In this document: positions 61,643 through 64,000 of the stretch, one piece after another
Layout: the number at the start of each line of letters is the position of its first letter
How positions within the stretch are numbered: position 1 is the stretch's first letter
Program-made: the position numbers and the translations under genes
NCBI GenBank assembly: GCA_903888345.1
Contig: CAISTG010000004.1
Coordinates: 6,393 to 70,392, forward strand
Length of the DNA: 64,000 bases
From: Candidatus Buchananbacteria bacterium
Lineage (GTDB): Bacteria > Patescibacteriota > Patescibacteriia > 2-01-FULL-39-33
Reading direction: 5' to 3'
The notes under the pieces: generated by a model
Databases searched by the model: none
Told to the model about the DNA's origin: nothing
What the model saw: the letters and a program-made list of their open reading frames with translations, nothing else

Positions 61643-62356
61643 ATGAGTAAAACAACCGCAAAGGCCCTTTTGGCTGCACTCGGAATCCTAACGGAAGAAG
61701 AGATGAAAGAATGGACCGAAGGGCCAGGAGAAGTGAAGGATTTCTTGGCGGCTCGTGTCGCTGAGAAGATGGCGAACACCTTCTGTGTTTCGCTGTCGGA
61801 CAACGAGCTTCAGCAGCAGTTCCCGCAGTTCGCCGATCGTCTCGTTCCCTGGCGCAAGCTGGCGGCTCTGATGGGCTACACTGGCCATATTGTTTGGCTC
61901 GTCAAGCAGGGCTTCACGCTGAAAAAGCATGCCCCGCTTGTCGGCCCCTGTTACGATAATCTCGGCTATCTCCAGGACTGGAATTTCGATGACAATCCTA
62001 CCGATGATTGCCTGGTATTCTGGGTGCCCCGTTTGGCGGAAAACAGCACGGGCAAGAACATCAAGGCAATGGAAGCGCACCGCGCCGAACTCAAGAAGCG
62101 CTATGAGCTTCCTGGCGACCATGCCACGTATTTCGGTAGCATTCAGCTCCAGTTCGCTCTCATTCTCGCGCATTTCAAGCGCACGGGTGAACGCGTACCG
62201 CTGAATTTCCTCTACATGGCGTCTGACTCCCTGAGCGCAGACGGCAGCCGTCTCATTGCTGGCCACTTCGGCGACTTTGGTCTCCACTGCCACTACTGGG
62301 GTGGGAATGGCTGCGACGATATCGGCTTCGTCCTCCTGGGGGTGGAGAAGCTCTGA
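61643..62356 (+). CDS. Hypothetical protein, 237 aa (GC-rich cassette I10)
   Basis: C/G-ending codons. The antisense 61688..62293 ORF is a GC artefact. A terminator follows at 62403-62440 (GGGACCTTGG-tcatcgta-TCGAGGTCCC then TTTTTTTATT). Confidence 0.6.
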   Translation: MSKTTAKALLAALGILTEEEMKEWTEGPGEVKDFLAARVAEKMANTFCVSLSDNELQQQFPQFADRLVPWRKLAALMGYTGHIVWLVKQGFTLKKHAPLVGPCYDNLGYLQDWNFDDNPTDDCLVFWVPRLAENSTGKNIKAMEAHRAELKKRYELPGDHATYFGSIQLQFALILAHFKRTGERVPLNFLYMASDSLSADGSRLIAGHFGDFGLHCHYWGGNGCDDIGFVLLGVEKL

Positions 62357-62500
62357 CAGTAGAGTTCATTTAAGTTTTTAGCATTGAAACGTTTGCATAT
62401 TTGGGACCTTGGTCATCGTATCGAGGTCCCTTTTTTTATTATTAGGGTAATTAATCGGCTTGATTTTGAAGAGAGTTTATGTTATCTTACTATCAAGTTT

Positions 62501-64000
62501 ATGACCTATTTTTTAGACAAAGCGAAACAACAAATTCGTGAATCGATTGCACAGGCCTTAGGTCGAGAGATTGATTTTAACCAATTAGAAATTACTCGTC
62601 CGCCTGACAGCGCCATGGGTGATTTTGCGGTACCTTGTTTTTATTTGACTAAATTAACGCGGATTTCACCGAATCAAATCGCCGCCGAGCTGAAAAATAA
62701 AATTAAATTGAAGGCACCACTTAAATCAGTTCAGAATATTGGACCTTATTTGAATTTTTATTTTGATGACAAACAATTGGCCGAGAAGGTGATTAAAGAG
62801 GTGACTAAGGGTGGCGAAAAATACGGTAGCTTGAGTGGCGATAAAGAAAAGGTGATGATTGAATATTCTCAGCCTAACACGCACAAAGAATTTCATGTCG
62901 GTCATTTGCGCAATGCTGTTTTGGGTACGGCTTTAGTTAACCTATATCGTTTTAGTGGCAAAAAAGTAATCGCCGCTAATTATATTGGTGATATTGGTAA
63001 TCATGTTGCTAAATGTTTATGGGCATATGATAAATTTCATAAAGATGAGCCAGAACCAACTGAACATAAGGGTCAATATTTAGGAAAACTATATACTGAT
63101 GCTGTTAATCTGTGTGCCGAAAATGAAGACTACAAAAAAGAAGCAGACGTCGTTCAGAAAAAATTGGAAAGTGGTGATAAATATTTTACGGTACTCTGGA
63201 AAAAAACTCGTGCCTGGTCACTGGAAGAATTCGACGGCATCTATAAAATTTTAGGCGTTAAATTTGATAAGTTTTTTTATGAAAGTGAAGTCGAGAAGCC
63301 GGGCAAGGCGATTGTTGCTGATTTGTTGGAGCGAAAAATTGCCACGCACTCGCAAGGAGCGGTGATTGTTGATTTAGAAAAATACAATTTAAAGCAATTT
63401 CTTTTGCTGAAGTCTGATGGGTCGTCGTTATATTCCACTAAGGAGTTGGCGCTGGCAAAACTAAAATTTGAAAAATATAAAGTTGACGCTTCCTATGTCG
63501 TAGTTGATGCACGTCAAAGTTTTTATTTCCAACAATTTTTTAAGACTTTAGAGTTGATTGGTTTCAAGAAAAAAACTGAGCATATTGCTTACGAGTTTGT
63601 TACTCTACCAGAAGGTGCGATGTCATCGCGTAAAGGTAATGTGGTTTTGTTTGAAGATCTGCTCAAGGAAGCAACCGATTTAGCGGCTTCAGAAACTACT
63701 AAACGTCATACCGATTGGCCGGCCAAAGAATTAGAGATTGCGGCTCAAAAAATTGCTTTAGCTGCAATAAAATTTGCCATGTTAAAGACTGGTCGCAATA
63801 ATGTCATTACTTTTGAATTAAAAGAGGCGCTAGCCTTTGACGGCTTTACCGGGCCTTATTTGCAATATACCGTCTCACGTATTAATAGTATTCTCAAAAA
63901 AGAAACTGCTAAAAATTTAACGAACGTTAATTTTGGCCAGTTAGTAAATCACAAAGAAAAAGAACTCTTGGTGCTATTAGCTCAGTTTAGTGGCGTGACC
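62501..64000 (+). CDS. argS: Arginyl-tRNA synthetase, N-terminal 500 aa (3' end outside window)
   Basis: ATG at 62501 with the frame open to the window end. Has the N-terminal Add-1 domain and HIGH motif (HVGHLRN). Not in the ORF track because no stop falls within the window. Confidence 0.85.
   Translation, partial: MTYFLDKAKQQIRESIAQALGREIDFNQLEITRPPDSAMGDFAVPCFYLTKLTRISPNQIAAELKNKIKLKAPLKSVQNIGPYLNFYFDDKQLAEKVIKEVTKGGEKYGSLSGDKEKVMIEYSQPNTHKEFHVGHLRNAVLGTALVNLYRFSGKKVIAANYIGDIGNHVAKCLWAYDKFHKDEPEPTEHKGQYLGKLYTDAVNLCAENEDYKKEADVVQKKLESGDKYFTVLWKKTRAWSLEEFDGIYKILGVKFDKFFYESEVEKPGKAIVADLLERKIATHSQGAVIVDLEKYNLKQFLLLKSDGSSLYSTKELALAKLKFEKYKVDASYVVVDARQSFYFQQFFKTLELIGFKKKTEHIAYEFVTLPEGAMSSRKGNVVLFEDLLKEATDLAASETTKRHTDWPAKELEIAAQKIALAAIKFAMLKTGRNNVITFELKEALAFDGFTGPYLQYTVSRINSILKKETAKNLTNVNFGQLVNHKEKELLVLLAQFSGVT

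Overview
This 64 kb window is AT-rich (about 40% GC) and gene-dense. Its backbone looks like a Candidate Phyla Radiation (Patescibacteria) genome. The evidence is a glycine-rich RRM RNA-binding protein, a TrmB-type regulator, an archaeal-type PGI/PMI, an Elp3 homolog, a free-standing four-helix-bundle gene, promoters of the form TGTTATAATTAA with almost no Shine-Dalgarno (SD) sequences, and many small membrane or secreted proteins. Recognisable native genes include a glycoside hydrolase, a Wzx flippase and O-antigen-ligase-like protein, tRNA-Ser(CGA), panD, a Qnr-like pentapeptide protein, tspO, a CDF transporter, a sugar-binding lipoprotein, pgi/pmi, a DHH phosphoesterase, an LtaS-like sulfatase, clpP, a CYTH protein adjacent to a Pol-beta nucleotidyltransferase/HD (cca-like) protein, rny, lemA, htpX, ymdB, hup, murI, plsX, rpsA, thrS, partial argS and a 1393-aa giant protein. 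Two things are not ordinary. First, six tandem paralogous secreted genes at 19.7-23.2 kb share a VirB2/TrbC-like two-helix pilin C-terminus and carry variable, partly Cys-rich ectodomains. Second, at least ten compositionally distinct cassettes of about 50-55% GC are scattered between native genes. Each has C/G-ending codons, a strong AGGAG-type SD, a near-consensus sigma70 promoter (TTGACA-17-TATAAT) and an intrinsic terminator. The largest cassette (28.1-30.9 kb) is a six-gene operon of a P-loop NTPase, a CheY/flavodoxin-like protein, three paralogous small CTC-motif Cys proteins and one unknown protein. I regard it as a candidate uncharacterised system. Another cassette encodes a CYTH xenolog of a native gene, and another a eukaryote-like Ig-domain protein. 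Also present are a recurrent intergenic repeat family (GAATGACG core or an ATCCGCCGCGGCGGAT palindrome), a 35-bp tandem repeat upstream of clpP, and 30-bp perfect inverted repeats flanking the four-helix-bundle gene.
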